64,000 nt of DNA, taken from assembly GCA_963700635.1 (NCBI GenBank), contig CAVOYH010000003.1:768001-832000 (forward strand), read 5' to 3'. Shown in pieces: positions 17,739-28,203 of this stretch (positions are counted from its first letter, which is position 1; every line of letters starts with the position of its first letter). The stretch is from an uncultured Bacteroidota bacterium. GTDB lineage: Bacteria > Bacteroidota > Ignavibacteria > UBA10030 > UBA6906. A model generated the notes under the pieces. The model did not search any database. It saw nothing but the letters and a program-made list of their open reading frames with translations, and was not told the origin of the DNA. The position numbers were made by a program, and so were the translations under genes.

Positions 17739-19894
17739 AGAACGTCATGATGGGACGGCCTGCGGAAGCCCCTGCGCATGAACGTTTGCGCCGGAGGGTT
17801 CTGGTTCTGAAAATGGGCCTTCTGTTCTTCGCCCTCGTGCTTGCCGCCCGCCTGGTGCAGATCCAGGTTATTCATGGTGCCGAGTACCAGGAAGCCGCAC
17901 GACGTCAATACGAATCGCAGGTGGACCTCCCTGCTGCGAGGGGGATCATCACCGACCGGCACGGAAAAGTTCTGGTATCCAACGCCATGCGAATCAGCTT
18001 CGGCGCGGATCCCAAAATTGCGGGAAATGAACGTGATGAGATCGCCACGACCATGGCCCGCGTGTTCCGCAGGCCGAGGGAAGTATATCTGAACGCCATG
18101 CGCGATGTCCGCAAACGTTTTGTCTGGCTCGAACGTGGCATTGAACCTCAGATCGCCGCCCGGGTCCCGTCGGGGGAACTGCGGGGACTTGTTGTCATGA
18201 ATGAACCGACGCGCCTCTATCATTACCGGCGTGCGGCAGGACAGCTGATCGGCGTTACGGGCAAAGATCACGTGGGTCTGAGCGGATTGGAGTTGCAGTA
18301 CGATCGATGGCTGCGCGGAACCGCCGGCTATGTCATTATGCAGCGTGATGCCCTCCGCCGTACACGTCCATCGGCGGATTACCCGCGCACCGAACCGATC
18401 GATGGGCAGAATCTTGTGCTCACGATTGACGCAGAATACCAGCAGGTTGTGGAAGAAGAACTGGCCCGAGGTATCGCCCGGACGAAGGCGGAAAGCGGGC
18501 TGGTGGTGATGGTGGACCCGGGGACGGGAGAGATTCTCTCACTGGCTCATGCACCGTCGGTTGATCCGAACAACACAACCACGCTCGACCAGGCCACGCT
18601 GCGGAACCGGAGCATCACAGACACGTTCGAGCCCGGATCGGTGTTCAAAGTTGTGACCGCAGCGGCGGCCCTGGAAAACGCCGTGGTCCGGACGGAAGAC
18701 ACGTTTTACGGAGAAAAAGGGGTCTACAAGGCGCCGATGCCCGGAGGCCGTGTCCGACCGGTGGTGGATTCACATCCACTGGGAAACGTTACATTCCGCC
18801 GGGCCGTCGAACAGTCAAGCAATATCGTGATGGTGAAAGTCGCCGACAGAATGGGCGTCCAGCCGATGTATACAACGGGTCGGGCGTTTGGTTTCGGCAC
18901 ATCAACCGGCATCGAACTGCCGGGTGAAGTGGGTGGCGAATTGAAAAAACCATCCGAGTGGTCTGCTCCAACGCTGCATTCTCTTGCATTCGGCTATGAA
19001 GTCGCTGTAACACCCCTTCAGATTGTCATGGCATATGCCGCTGTTGCCAACAAAGGGGTTCTCATGAAGCCATATGTTGTCCGGCACACGCTCGATGCTG
19101 CACAGGAGATCGTCACGGAAAACCGTCCGGAGCCAATTCGGCGCGTCATATCTGAGCAGACGGCAAAAACTCTGACGGAGCTGTTCGAAGGTGTTGTGGA
19201 ACGCGGAACGGCCATGCAAGCGCGCGTCGAGGGACTCCGCATTGCGGGCAAAACCGGAACATCCAAAAAAGTTGTTGACGGAAAATATGAAGCAGGAAGA
19301 TACACCGCCTCGTTCGTGGGGTTCTTTCCTGCTGACGATCCGCACATCGTCTGTCTGGTGATGCTGGAGAATCTGCGAGGAGACGTGTACTCCGGAGGTC
19401 TGGCCAGTGCACCTATTTTTAAGGGTATCGCGGAGAAGATCTTTACGATGGCGGGAAGATTCCGAAACGATCCGGTGCAGGCCGTCGCACGCGCGACACG
19501 AAACGGCGTTCCTGATGTCGTCAATCTGAAAACGGTGGACGCACTGGCGGCACTCCGCGCGATCGGATTTGAAGCGGACGTTCAGGGAGACGGGGCGATC
19601 GTCGTCGACCAATCACCCGCTCCGGGAGTGGTGCTCGGCCGTGGATCCACGGTTGAGTTAAAAACCCGGGACGGACTCAAACGAATCTCCGGTGGGATTA
19701 CGCTGGTGCCGGACACCCGCGGCCTCACCATCCGCCGCGCTCTCAACAGTCTGGCAACGCAACGTCTCGATGCCATTATTATTGGAACGGGAACAGTGGT
19801 CGGTCAATCGCCTTTACCGGGGGAACGCCTCCGCCAGGGTGCCCGCGTGACCCTGCGATGCGAACCACGTCACACACCAGCAATCCAGTCCTAG
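17735..19894 (+). CDS. ftsI: Class B penicillin-binding protein FtsI with C-terminal PASTA domains
   Basis: RGIITDRHG, EPGSVFK (SxxK), SSN, GKTGT; two PASTA-like repeats (VPD...QSP.PG). Confidence 0.93.
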   Translation: MKNVMMGRPAEAPAHERLRRRVLVLKMGLLFFALVLAARLVQIQVIHGAEYQEAARRQYESQVDLPAARGIITDRHGKVLVSNAMRISFGADPKIAGNERDEIATTMARVFRRPREVYLNAMRDVRKRFVWLERGIEPQIAARVPSGELRGLVVMNEPTRLYHYRRAAGQLIGVTGKDHVGLSGLELQYDRWLRGTAGYVIMQRDALRRTRPSADYPRTEPIDGQNLVLTIDAEYQQVVEEELARGIARTKAESGLVVMVDPGTGEILSLAHAPSVDPNNTTTLDQATLRNRSITDTFEPGSVFKVVTAAAALENAVVRTEDTFYGEKGVYKAPMPGGRVRPVVDSHPLGNVTFRRAVEQSSNIVMVKVADRMGVQPMYTTGRAFGFGTSTGIELPGEVGGELKKPSEWSAPTLHSLAFGYEVAVTPLQIVMAYAAVANKGVLMKPYVVRHTLDAAQEIVTENRPEPIRRVISEQTAKTLTELFEGVVERGTAMQARVEGLRIAGKTGTSKKVVDGKYEAGRYTASFVGFFPADDPHIVCLVMLENLRGDVYSGGLASAPIFKGIAEKIFTMAGRFRNDPVQAVARATRNGVPDVVNLKTVDALAALRAIGFEADVQGDGAIVVDQSPAPGVVLGRGSTVELKTRDGLKRISGGITLVPDTRGLTIRRALNSLATQRLDAIIIGTGTVVGQSPLPGERLRQGARVTLRCEPRHTPAIQS

Positions 19895-19906
19895 GAACAG
19901 AAAACC

Positions 19907-21412
19907 ATGGTCCTGACCCGATTACTGGAGAGTGTACGCGTGTCAAAGTTGTTCATGATGAAGTACGGTGCCATGGCCCAGACCCAGGACATCGAAGTGC
20001 ACGATGTGCGCTACGATTCCCGACTGGTCACGCACGGGGATTTGTTCGTGGCGATCCCCGGCACGACGGTCAATGGTGCCCGGTATATCGAGGAAGCTCT
20101 TCAGCGGGGAGCTGTCGCGGTAGTCACAGAGGACGACAATGCGCTTCCTGAGGCAATGTTCATGCACATGCATGTCGCCAAGATCGTCGTCCCCGATGCC
20201 AGGATCGCGCTGGCTCAGATCGCCGGAAATTATTACGGGCATCCGTCATCAAAAATGCGAGTCATCGGCGTCACCGGAACAAACGGCAAAACCACTGCCA
20301 CGTATCTGATCAAGGCCGCGCTGGAAACATCCGGCGAACGTGTTGGACTCATCGGGACTATCGCCATTGACTGCGGTGGAGAAGTTTTGCCGGCGACACA
20401 TACAACGCCGGAATCGCTCGACCTGCAGGCGCTTCTGGACAACATGGTGAAACGCGGATGTTCCTGGGCCGTGATGGAAGTGTCATCACACGCTCTTGCG
20501 ATGCACCGGGTCCATGGAATACAATTTGCTGCGGGGGTATTCACCAATCTGACACAGGACCATCTGGACTTTCATGGTTCGATGGATGAATATCTGAAAG
20601 CGAAAAAACGTCTTTTTGATATGCTGCCCGGAACCGCTGTTGCGGTGAGCAATGCCGATGATCCATCATCCGCAGCCCTCTTCGCCAACACCAGGGCCAG
20701 ACAGACGTCCTATGGTATGACCGCACCGGCTGACGTCGCCGGTGAGAATCTCAAGATGGATATGCACGGCATGACATTCTCGGCGACCTGGAAGGGACGC
20801 AGCGAGAGTATTACCACACCCCTCACGGGGAGGTTTAACGCTGCCAATATTCTTGCGGCATTTACCGTCGCGTGTGAGCTTGGTCTGCAGCCAGAGACGG
20901 TGACAAAGGGAATCGCCTCGCTCACGGCCGTTCGCGGGCGGTTCGAACAACTTGTCTCCCCCGTCGGGTGGACGGCGATCATTGACTATGCGCACACACC
21001 GGATGCCCTGGAACACACACTTACGGCAATTCGTGAATTACTCCCGCGGCCGGAGAGCAAGATCATTACCGTCTTTGGCTGTGGCGGAAACCGCGACAAA
21101 GACAAACGTCCGAAAATGGGAAGAATCGCTTCGGAGCTCAGCACCATCACGGTATTGACGTCCGACAATCCCCGGCAGGAAGATCCCAATATCATTCTCG
21201 CACAGATCCAGGCCGGGGTGCTTCCCGGAAAAACGGCGTACGTGGAAAGTGACCGCCGCCAGGCAATCATCAAGGGACTACTCCTGGCAGAGCCGGGCGA
21301 CGTTGTGCTGATTGCGGGAAAGGGACATGAGGACTACCAGGTTATCGGCACGGCGAAAACCCATCTGGATGACCGGGAAGAGGTTGAAATGTTTATCAGG
21401 AACCTGACATGA
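19907..21412 (+). CDS. murE: UDP-MurNAc-dipeptide--meso-DAP ligase
   Basis: GVTGTNGKTT, TTPESLDL, MEVSSHAL, DYAHTPDAL, DNPR (DAP-specific), AGKGHE. Confidence 0.97.
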   Translation: MVLTRLLESVRVSKLFMMKYGAMAQTQDIEVHDVRYDSRLVTHGDLFVAIPGTTVNGARYIEEALQRGAVAVVTEDDNALPEAMFMHMHVAKIVVPDARIALAQIAGNYYGHPSSKMRVIGVTGTNGKTTATYLIKAALETSGERVGLIGTIAIDCGGEVLPATHTTPESLDLQALLDNMVKRGCSWAVMEVSSHALAMHRVHGIQFAAGVFTNLTQDHLDFHGSMDEYLKAKKRLFDMLPGTAVAVSNADDPSSAALFANTRARQTSYGMTAPADVAGENLKMDMHGMTFSATWKGRSESITTPLTGRFNAANILAAFTVACELGLQPETVTKGIASLTAVRGRFEQLVSPVGWTAIIDYAHTPDALEHTLTAIRELLPRPESKIITVFGCGGNRDKDKRPKMGRIASELSTITVLTSDNPRQEDPNIILAQIQAGVLPGKTAYVESDRRQAIIKGLLLAEPGDVVLIAGKGHEDYQVIGTAKTHLDDREEVEMFIRNLT

Positions 21413-22818
21413 AGCTGACGCGGACAGATCTGCGGTCTGTTCCTCATCAGGTTCTTCATCCGGGGGAAGGTGCCACACGCTGGGTTGCCTTGGGCGTTTC
21501 CACCGATTCCCGGACGGTGGAACAGGGGCAGCTGTTTGTTGCGCTGCGCGGGGAACATTTTGACGGTCACCGGTATCTCGGCGACGTTCTTGCCCGCGGC
21601 GCAGCCGGTGTGGTTGTGGATGTGCGTGGAGCTGCCGCCGTTCCCGCGGGAGCCGTTGCGCTGGTTGTGGACGATACCTTTGCCGCACTCGGTGCGCTTG
21701 CAGCTCTGTACCGCCGTAAATTTGACATTCCGGTGATCGCTGTTGGAGGAAGCAACGGTAAAACAACAACAAAGGACATGATTACCCGCGTACTGGCGAC
21801 AACCTATGATGTCCTGAGTACGGAAGGCAACAACAACAATCATGTGGGTGTGCCGGTAACACTCTTCCGGCTGACGAAACAGCACGACATCGCAGTGGTG
21901 GAAGTCGGAACCAATCATTCCGGCGAGATCGCAACACTCCGGGATATCGTGCAGCCGACCCATACACTTCTGACGAACATCGGAAGAGAGCACCTCGAGT
22001 TTTTTGGAAACATAGAAGGCGTGGTTCAAGAGGAAACGGCCTTGTGGCAATCCGGCTCCGCCACACAGTCCATGACTGCCTTTGTCAACGCTGACGATCC
22101 GTATCTCGCACGCAGCGCCAGGGGATTGCGCAAGGTTGTGCGGTTTGGTCTCCGGTCGCGGGCGGTGGATGTCCGGGGCTCGCGGGTCCAACTCTTGCCC
22201 GATGGCGGAGTGTTTTTCCGTTTCATCGGAAAGAACATGAAGACCCCGGTGGACGTCCGGCTCCAGGTTCCGGGAGTTCACGCCGCCGGTAATGCGCTCG
22301 CCGCTGCTGCCGTGGGGCTGTCCTTCCGTGTCAGGCCGTCACGTATCAAGGATGCCCTGCAATCGTATAGTGGCAGCAGCAAGCGGATGGAGGTTATGGA
22401 TGCCGGCGGCGTCACCATACTGAATGATACATACAACGCCAACCCGGATTCCATGGTGGCTGCGCTGGAAACCCTGGCCGGTTATCCAGCAACCGGCAAA
22501 CGTATTGCGGTGCTGGCCGACATGCTCGAACTGGGAGAATCGGCGGCTGCGGAACACGAACGAATTGGCGAAACGGTTGCTGCGCTCAAGCTTGACTATC
22601 TCCTCACGTATGGATCACTCGGCCGCGTGATTTCCCGCGCGCAGGGTCTCCAGACGGCAATGCACTATGACCAGAAGAACATTCTTGCCGAGTATTTGCT
22701 TGAACTGGTTGCTCCCGGAGACGTGGTGCTGATCAAAGGTTCTCGCGGGATGAAGATGGAAGATGTTGTGCTCTTTCTCCGGGAACGGCGGACGGCAGTC
22801 TCCGGAGCAGCGGGCTGA
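21409..22818 (+). CDS. murF: UDP-MurNAc-tripeptide--D-Ala-D-Ala ligase
   Basis: GSNGKTTTKDM, NNHVGVP, NDTYNANPDSM, KGSRGMKME. Confidence 0.96.
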   Translation: MKLTRTDLRSVPHQVLHPGEGATRWVALGVSTDSRTVEQGQLFVALRGEHFDGHRYLGDVLARGAAGVVVDVRGAAAVPAGAVALVVDDTFAALGALAALYRRKFDIPVIAVGGSNGKTTTKDMITRVLATTYDVLSTEGNNNNHVGVPVTLFRLTKQHDIAVVEVGTNHSGEIATLRDIVQPTHTLLTNIGREHLEFFGNIEGVVQEETALWQSGSATQSMTAFVNADDPYLARSARGLRKVVRFGLRSRAVDVRGSRVQLLPDGGVFFRFIGKNMKTPVDVRLQVPGVHAAGNALAAAAVGLSFRVRPSRIKDALQSYSGSSKRMEVMDAGGVTILNDTYNANPDSMVAALETLAGYPATGKRIAVLADMLELGESAAAEHERIGETVAALKLDYLLTYGSLGRVISRAQGLQTAMHYDQKNILAEYLLELVAPGDVVLIKGSRGMKMEDVVLFLRERRTAVSGAAG

Positions 22819-22888
22819 TGCGGCGTAACACCCGGCAGCGGCAGCAAGGCCGGGTGAACGGTATTGTCATAACACTGAGTGAAGGACC

Positions 22889-24013
22889 ATGCTGTATTTT
22901 CTGTTCGACTGGATAGATCGATTGTATCACCCGCCCGGGTTCGGCGTGGTGCGGTTTCTCACCTTTCGTGCCGCCGCTGCTGCCGTGACCGCGCTCCTGA
23001 TAGCGTTCTGGCTTGGGCCAAAGATCATCCGGATACTGCGTGAGCATCAGATCGGCGAGTCTGCAAAACTTGAGGCACCCAAGACCCACCTCACCAAGGC
23101 GGGAACGCCTACTATGGGAGGTCTTATCGTCCTGGCCAGCATCCTGGTCCCGACACTGCTCTGGGGAAACATCGGCAACGTGTATGTGCTGCTTATCCTG
23201 TTTGTGACAGTGACACTCGGCGCTGTGGGCTTCCTGGACGATTATCTCAAAGTGGTCAAGAAGAAACCGAAGGGGCTCATCGGCAAATACAAGATTGTCG
23301 GGCAGGTTGTCGTGGGACTCGTGGTCGGCGGGCTCATCTATTTCTTTCCACACTGGATCGATCAGGACCTGTGGAAACTCAACACATCAACAACGGTCCC
23401 CTTTTTCAAGAATCTGGAACTGAACGTCGGGGTCTTCTACATTCCGATGGTTATTTTTATCATCGTGGCTACCTCGAACGCCGTGAACCTGACGGACGGT
23501 CTGGATGGCCTTGCAATCGGGACGGTTGCGATCGTTGCTTTAACCCTTGGCGTCATCAGCTACATATCGGGTAATGTCCTGCTCTCGGAATATCTGACCA
23601 TCCCGTTCCTGCGCGGCAACGGTGAGCTGGTGGTCTTCTGCGCAGCGATGGCCGGCGCGGCACTCGGCTTTTTGTGGTTTAACGCCTACCCGGCGCAGGT
23701 CTTTATGGGGGATACCGGTTCGCTTGCTCTTGGTGGTGCGATCGGCGCCCTCTGTGTTCTGATAAAGAAAGAACTCCTGCTGCCGACTCTGGGCGGCGTG
23801 TTTCTTGCTGAAACGATATCCGTGATCATTCAGCGGTTCTATTTTAAATACACAAAACGGAAGTATGGCGAAGGCCGCCGTGTGTTCCGCATGGCTCCCT
23901 TGCATCATCACTTTGAACTACTCGGATGGCCTGAACCCAAAATTGTCACACGTTTTTACATCGTTGCCATTCTGTTGATGATCCTCAGTCTGGCGACGTT
24001 CAAAGTGCGGTGA
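22889..24013 (+). CDS. mraY: Phospho-MurNAc-pentapeptide transferase
   Basis: KAGTPTMGG, NAVNLTDGLDGLA, VFMGDTGSL, MAPLHHHFE. Confidence 0.98.
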   Translation: MLYFLFDWIDRLYHPPGFGVVRFLTFRAAAAAVTALLIAFWLGPKIIRILREHQIGESAKLEAPKTHLTKAGTPTMGGLIVLASILVPTLLWGNIGNVYVLLILFVTVTLGAVGFLDDYLKVVKKKPKGLIGKYKIVGQVVVGLVVGGLIYFFPHWIDQDLWKLNTSTTVPFFKNLELNVGVFYIPMVIFIIVATSNAVNLTDGLDGLAIGTVAIVALTLGVISYISGNVLLSEYLTIPFLRGNGELVVFCAAMAGAALGFLWFNAYPAQVFMGDTGSLALGGAIGALCVLIKKELLLPTLGGVFLAETISVIIQRFYFKYTKRKYGEGRRVFRMAPLHHHFELLGWPEPKIVTRFYIVAILLMILSLATFKVR

Positions 24014-25398
24014 GGCCCGTGGAGCGGGAGCGAATCCGGCAGACGCGATTCAGCGTCATCGGCGCTGCACGCAGCGGCGTTGCGGCAGCACGGCTTCTCG
24101 CCGGTGCCGGCGCCCGGGTGTTCGTGAGCGATGCCGCCCCGTCTGCATCGATGGGGGCGGCAATGGACGCACTCACGAAACTGCAGATTACGTTCGAGTT
24201 TGGCGGGCATACCGCGCGTGCGCTTGAAGCGGACATGCTCGTGGTAAGTCCCGGTGTCCCCTCGACCGTTTCTGTTGTGCGTCAGGCAATCGGCCGGGGT
24301 ACACCAGTGGTGAGCGAACTTGAAATGGCAAGCTGGTTTGCAGAGGGAACAATCGTGGCGATCACAGGAACAAATGGAAAGACAACGACAACGGCCCTGA
24401 CAGGCAGAATGTTTGAAGATGCCCGCCGCCCGTCAGTGGTTGCGGGCAATATCGGTACGGCGTTCTCCGATGTGGTGTCAGGACTGACACCGGACCATAC
24501 TGCGATTCTGGAAGTCAGCAGTTTTCAGCTGGACCATGTTGACACCTTCCGTCCGGCGGTCGCGGTTGTGCTGAACATAACGCCGGACCATCTGGACCGG
24601 TACGAGCATTCGATGGAACGGTACGTCGATGCGAAGTGTAACGTCTTTGCACGGCAGCAGGAGGGTGACGTCCTGGTCTATAACCGTGATGACAAACAGA
24701 CACGTGAGGCTGTCGAACACCGCGTACCGGGCGGCGTGACGCTGTTGCCATTCAGCGTATCAACCACATTAACCTCCGGCGCATGGGTCGAAGACGGGTC
24801 ATTGGTGACACAACTTTCCGGAAACCGGACGGAGATCGTACGCACGGCAGACATCAGCGTCCGGGGAGTCCATAACCTCAGCAATGCGATGGCAGCGACG
24901 TTGACGGCTCAGGCGCTTGGTATCGGACCCGCATCCCTGCGTGCGACCTTGAAAAACTTTAAGGGCGTTGAACACCGCCTTGAATTTGTGCGCGAACTCA
25001 ACGGCGTAACCTACATCAATGATTCAAAAGCGACCAACGTGGACGCGGTCTGGTACGCTTTACAGAGTTATTCATCGCCCCTCATAGTGCTTATCGGAGG
25101 CCGGGACAAGGGAAACGACTATGCGCTTCTCGAGTCACTGGTGCGAAAACACGTAAAAGCTGTCGTGGCCATCGGCGAGTCCGCGGACAAAGTGTATGCG
25201 GCATTCCATGCCATCGTTCCGGTTGAAAAGGCCTCAACCATGGACGACGCGGTACGCAAAGCGACAGCCCTGGCATCGGGGGGCGACACGGTGCTGCTGT
25301 CACCGGCCTGTGCCTCGTTCGACTGGTTTACGAACTACGAAGCCCGGGGACAGGTCTTTAAGGATCTTGTGCTGCAATTGCCCGGAACAACGGCATGA
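24010..25398 (+). CDS. murD: UDP-MurNAc-L-Ala--D-Glu ligase
   Basis: SPGVP, ITGTNGKTTT, EVSSFQL, NDSKATN, LLSPACASFD. Confidence 0.97.
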   Translation: MRPVERERIRQTRFSVIGAARSGVAAARLLAGAGARVFVSDAAPSASMGAAMDALTKLQITFEFGGHTARALEADMLVVSPGVPSTVSVVRQAIGRGTPVVSELEMASWFAEGTIVAITGTNGKTTTTALTGRMFEDARRPSVVAGNIGTAFSDVVSGLTPDHTAILEVSSFQLDHVDTFRPAVAVVLNITPDHLDRYEHSMERYVDAKCNVFARQQEGDVLVYNRDDKQTREAVEHRVPGGVTLLPFSVSTTLTSGAWVEDGSLVTQLSGNRTEIVRTADISVRGVHNLSNAMAATLTAQALGIGPASLRATLKNFKGVEHRLEFVRELNGVTYINDSKATNVDAVWYALQSYSSPLIVLIGGRDKGNDYALLESLVRKHVKAVVAIGESADKVYAAFHAIVPVEKASTMDDAVRKATALASGGDTVLLSPACASFDWFTNYEARGQVFKDLVLQLPGTTA

Positions 25399-26579
25399 TC
25401 ATCAGTAAGTCGCGCAAAAACCACATTGATATGACCACCCTGGTGGTCGTCCTGACGCTGATGGTATTCAGCGTGGGTGTGGTCTACAGCGCAAGCTCAA
25501 GCTGGGCACTGGAACGGGTGGGCGAAAGCGGGCGGCTGCTCGGTAATCATGCGGCGAAGGTACTTGTGGGTTTCTTTCTGCTCTTTCTCACAATGCAGAT
25601 CGACTATCGCATACTCAAGAAGATCTCGAAACTTGCGTTGCTCACCGTGATTGCCCTGCTGGCCATTACGCTTGGTCTTGGTGTTGTGATCAAGGGCGCC
25701 TCCCGGTGGATTCACCTGGGTGCGGTTGGACTGCAGCCGTCGGAGTTTGCGCGCCTTGCGCTTATCGTGCATCTTGCCGTGCTCCTGGCGAAAAAAAGGG
25801 AAATGGTGCGCGACTTTTCTGCGGGCTTTGTGCCGCTGATGTTCTGGATTATTCTTGTCGCCACGCTCGTTCTGCTTCAACCGGCATTCAGCACCAGCGC
25901 CATGATGGTGGTCGTCAGCATGGTCTTACTCTACCTCGGCGGTGTCCGGATTAAACATCTCGCGTTGACGCTTTCAGGGATGATTCCGATGCTGCTTCTC
26001 TACATGGTGAGCGCCGACTATCGGATGAAGCGTGTGATGGACTTTCTCGGAAGCATCCTGGAGGGAAATGTCCGGATGAACCATCAGGTGTGGCAGGGTG
26101 TCCTGGGTTTTGCCAACGGCGGCCTTTTCGGGCTTGGACCGGGCGGAAGCAAACAACGGGACCTGTTTCTCCCCGAACCGTTCGGTGATTTTGTGTTCTC
26201 CATCATCGGCGAAGAATATGGATTGGTGGGCACGCTTGCCGTGCTCACACTGTTTCTGATTTTCCTGTTTCGCGGTCTGGCAATTGCACGGAATGCACGG
26301 GACGACTTTGGCCGGCTCCTGGCGCTGGGAATAACGGTGTCCATCACGCTGTACGCCTTCATTAATGCGGGCGTGACGCTGGGAATTCTTCCGACCACCG
26401 GCCTGCCGTTGCCGTTCATCAGCTATGGCGGATCATCAATGATCGTCTCGTGCCTCATGGTCGGTGTGCTGTTGAACATTTCGGCCCAGACTGATATGCA
26501 TCCCCGGCTTGCGGCGGAACCGGGAGCGGTACGTGCGCTGGACCCTCATCCGGATCCGGTTGTCGGAAAGGTGTACTAA
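25395..26579 (+). CDS. ftsW: SEDS peptidoglycan polymerase FtsW
   Basis: GASRWI, QPSEFA, FSIIGEEYG, PTTGLPLPFISYGGSS. Confidence 0.95.
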   Translation: MIISKSRKNHIDMTTLVVVLTLMVFSVGVVYSASSSWALERVGESGRLLGNHAAKVLVGFFLLFLTMQIDYRILKKISKLALLTVIALLAITLGLGVVIKGASRWIHLGAVGLQPSEFARLALIVHLAVLLAKKREMVRDFSAGFVPLMFWIILVATLVLLQPAFSTSAMMVVVSMVLLYLGGVRIKHLALTLSGMIPMLLLYMVSADYRMKRVMDFLGSILEGNVRMNHQVWQGVLGFANGGLFGLGPGGSKQRDLFLPEPFGDFVFSIIGEEYGLVGTLAVLTLFLIFLFRGLAIARNARDDFGRLLALGITVSITLYAFINAGVTLGILPTTGLPLPFISYGGSSMIVSCLMVGVLLNISAQTDMHPRLAAEPGAVRALDPHPDPVVGKVY

Positions 26580-26582
26580 AAG

Positions 26583-27695
26583 ATGGCTGCGCGTTTGTTG
26601 TTTGCCGGCGGCGGAACGGGAGGGCATCTGTATCCCGCTCTCGCGATTGCAGACGCCGTACGCGCCATCGATCCGGATTCGACAATATTGTTTCTCGGCA
26701 CGAAAAAAAAGATCGAAGCACAGATCGTTCCACAACACGGTTATTCCTTTGCCACAATCTGGATTAGTGGTATCCGACGATCTGTATCACTGTCAACACT
26801 TATGGTACCGCTTAAAGTGATCACCGCGATCGTACAATCGGCAGTCTATCTCCGGCGATTCCAGCCGGACGTGGTTGTGGGGACCGGTGGATACGTTTGT
26901 GGACCGCCGGCGTTTGCCGCCACCCTTCTGGGGATCCCGATGGTTCTCCAGGAGCAGAACAGTTATCCGGGCATCACAACACGCCTGCTGGCGCACCGTG
27001 CGCAGAAGGTGTACCTGACGTTTGAACGATCACGCACGTTTCTTCGCCGGAGCGATAACACGGTGATCAGTGGCAATCCGGTGCGCAGAGTTGTCGGAAC
27101 GATACCGCGGACTGAGGGAGCGGAGCGTCTCGGGCTTGATCCGTCAAAGAAAACGCTCCTTGTTGTCGGCGGGAGCCAGGGCGCGGCGTCAATCAATACC
27201 GCCATCCTGAAAGCCGTACAGGAACTGCGCCTGACCGGCATCCAGATTCTGTGGTTGACGGGCGAACGGGATTATGACCGCGTCCGCGCCACCGTGGAGA
27301 GTCAGGCAGAACCCGGCAATATTCGGGTTGTTCCCTATCTCAAGCGGATGGAAGATGCCTATGCGGCGGCGGATCTCGCCGTCTGCCGTTCCGGCGCGAC
27401 AACACTTGCGGAACTCACATGTGCCGGACTCCCTTCGATTCTGGTGCCGTATCCGTTTGCTGCTGCGGACCACCAGACGGAAAACGCTCGGGCACTTGTC
27501 GACATAGGTGCTGCACTCATGTGCGCAGACCGTGATGCGGGATCACAGTTGTTTCCGATGATCCGTGAACTGTTCCAGCAGCCGGACCGCCTGGCTGCGA
27601 TGAGTGCGGCGGCACGGCAGGCGGCACGGCCGGATGCGGCACACCGGATCGCGCAGGATTTATTCACAATCATGTCCTCACGCCATGACAGTTGA
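26583..27695 (+). CDS. murG: Lipid II GlcNAc transferase MurG
   Basis: GGGTGGHLYPALA, GTGGYV, GNPVR, GGSQGA, RSGATT, DHQTENA. Confidence 0.97.
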   Translation: MAARLLFAGGGTGGHLYPALAIADAVRAIDPDSTILFLGTKKKIEAQIVPQHGYSFATIWISGIRRSVSLSTLMVPLKVITAIVQSAVYLRRFQPDVVVGTGGYVCGPPAFAATLLGIPMVLQEQNSYPGITTRLLAHRAQKVYLTFERSRTFLRRSDNTVISGNPVRRVVGTIPRTEGAERLGLDPSKKTLLVVGGSQGAASINTAILKAVQELRLTGIQILWLTGERDYDRVRATVESQAEPGNIRVVPYLKRMEDAYAAADLAVCRSGATTLAELTCAGLPSILVPYPFAAADHQTENARALVDIGAALMCADRDAGSQLFPMIRELFQQPDRLAAMSAAARQAARPDAAHRIAQDLFTIMSSRHDS

Positions 27696-28191
27696 AGAGC
27701 AATCCTACAAATATAAACTCGACTTCTACTACAGGTCGGCATTAATCTATCTGATTACGCTGTTCATCTACGGCGGGATCAGGGGCAACTTTGTGGAACA
27801 GAAGTTTGAATACGTGCTTAATGATCCCCTGATGTATGTCATTGTATTCTTCGTGTTGATGGCACTGGTGACACTCGGACTCAACGCGTTGCGCAACCGC
27901 CGGCTTGTCCTTACTCACGAGGCGATCATTTTCCGGCACCGGTGGGCGGAACGGCAGATTAGCATAGCGGACATCGAGTGGATGCATATCGGACGGGAGA
28001 TGGGAGTACGTACCGACGGGCGGTTCCAGGTGATTGTGTTCAAGATAAAAAAGAAGCGGCGCCTCTATCGGATCCGCGTCGGGCGGTACGAGCGGGAACG
28101 GGATCTCCTGCGCGGCATGCACACGATTGCTGCGCGGGTGCCCGGACGCAAACAGCGCAGATGGCGCCGTCCCCGCATCACCGATCGTTAA
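27685..28191 (+). CDS. Hypothetical membrane protein (2 TM helices + basic soluble domain) within the dcw cluster
   Basis: 168-aa ORF filling the murG-murC gap, overlapping the murG stop; two hydrophobic segments then a beta-rich Arg/Lys-rich region. Confidence 0.8.
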   Translation: MTVEEQSYKYKLDFYYRSALIYLITLFIYGGIRGNFVEQKFEYVLNDPLMYVIVFFVLMALVTLGLNALRNRRLVLTHEAIIFRHRWAERQISIADIEWMHIGREMGVRTDGRFQVIVFKIKKKRRLYRIRVGRYERERDLLRGMHTIAARVPGRKQRRWRRPRITDR

Positions 28192-28203
28192 GGAAAAAAG
28201 AGA

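Noticed and set aside
26702-26711. A8 run in murG
   Set aside because: Encodes KKK in an intact essential gene with no domain boundary rationale for recoding, unlike the dnaX site.
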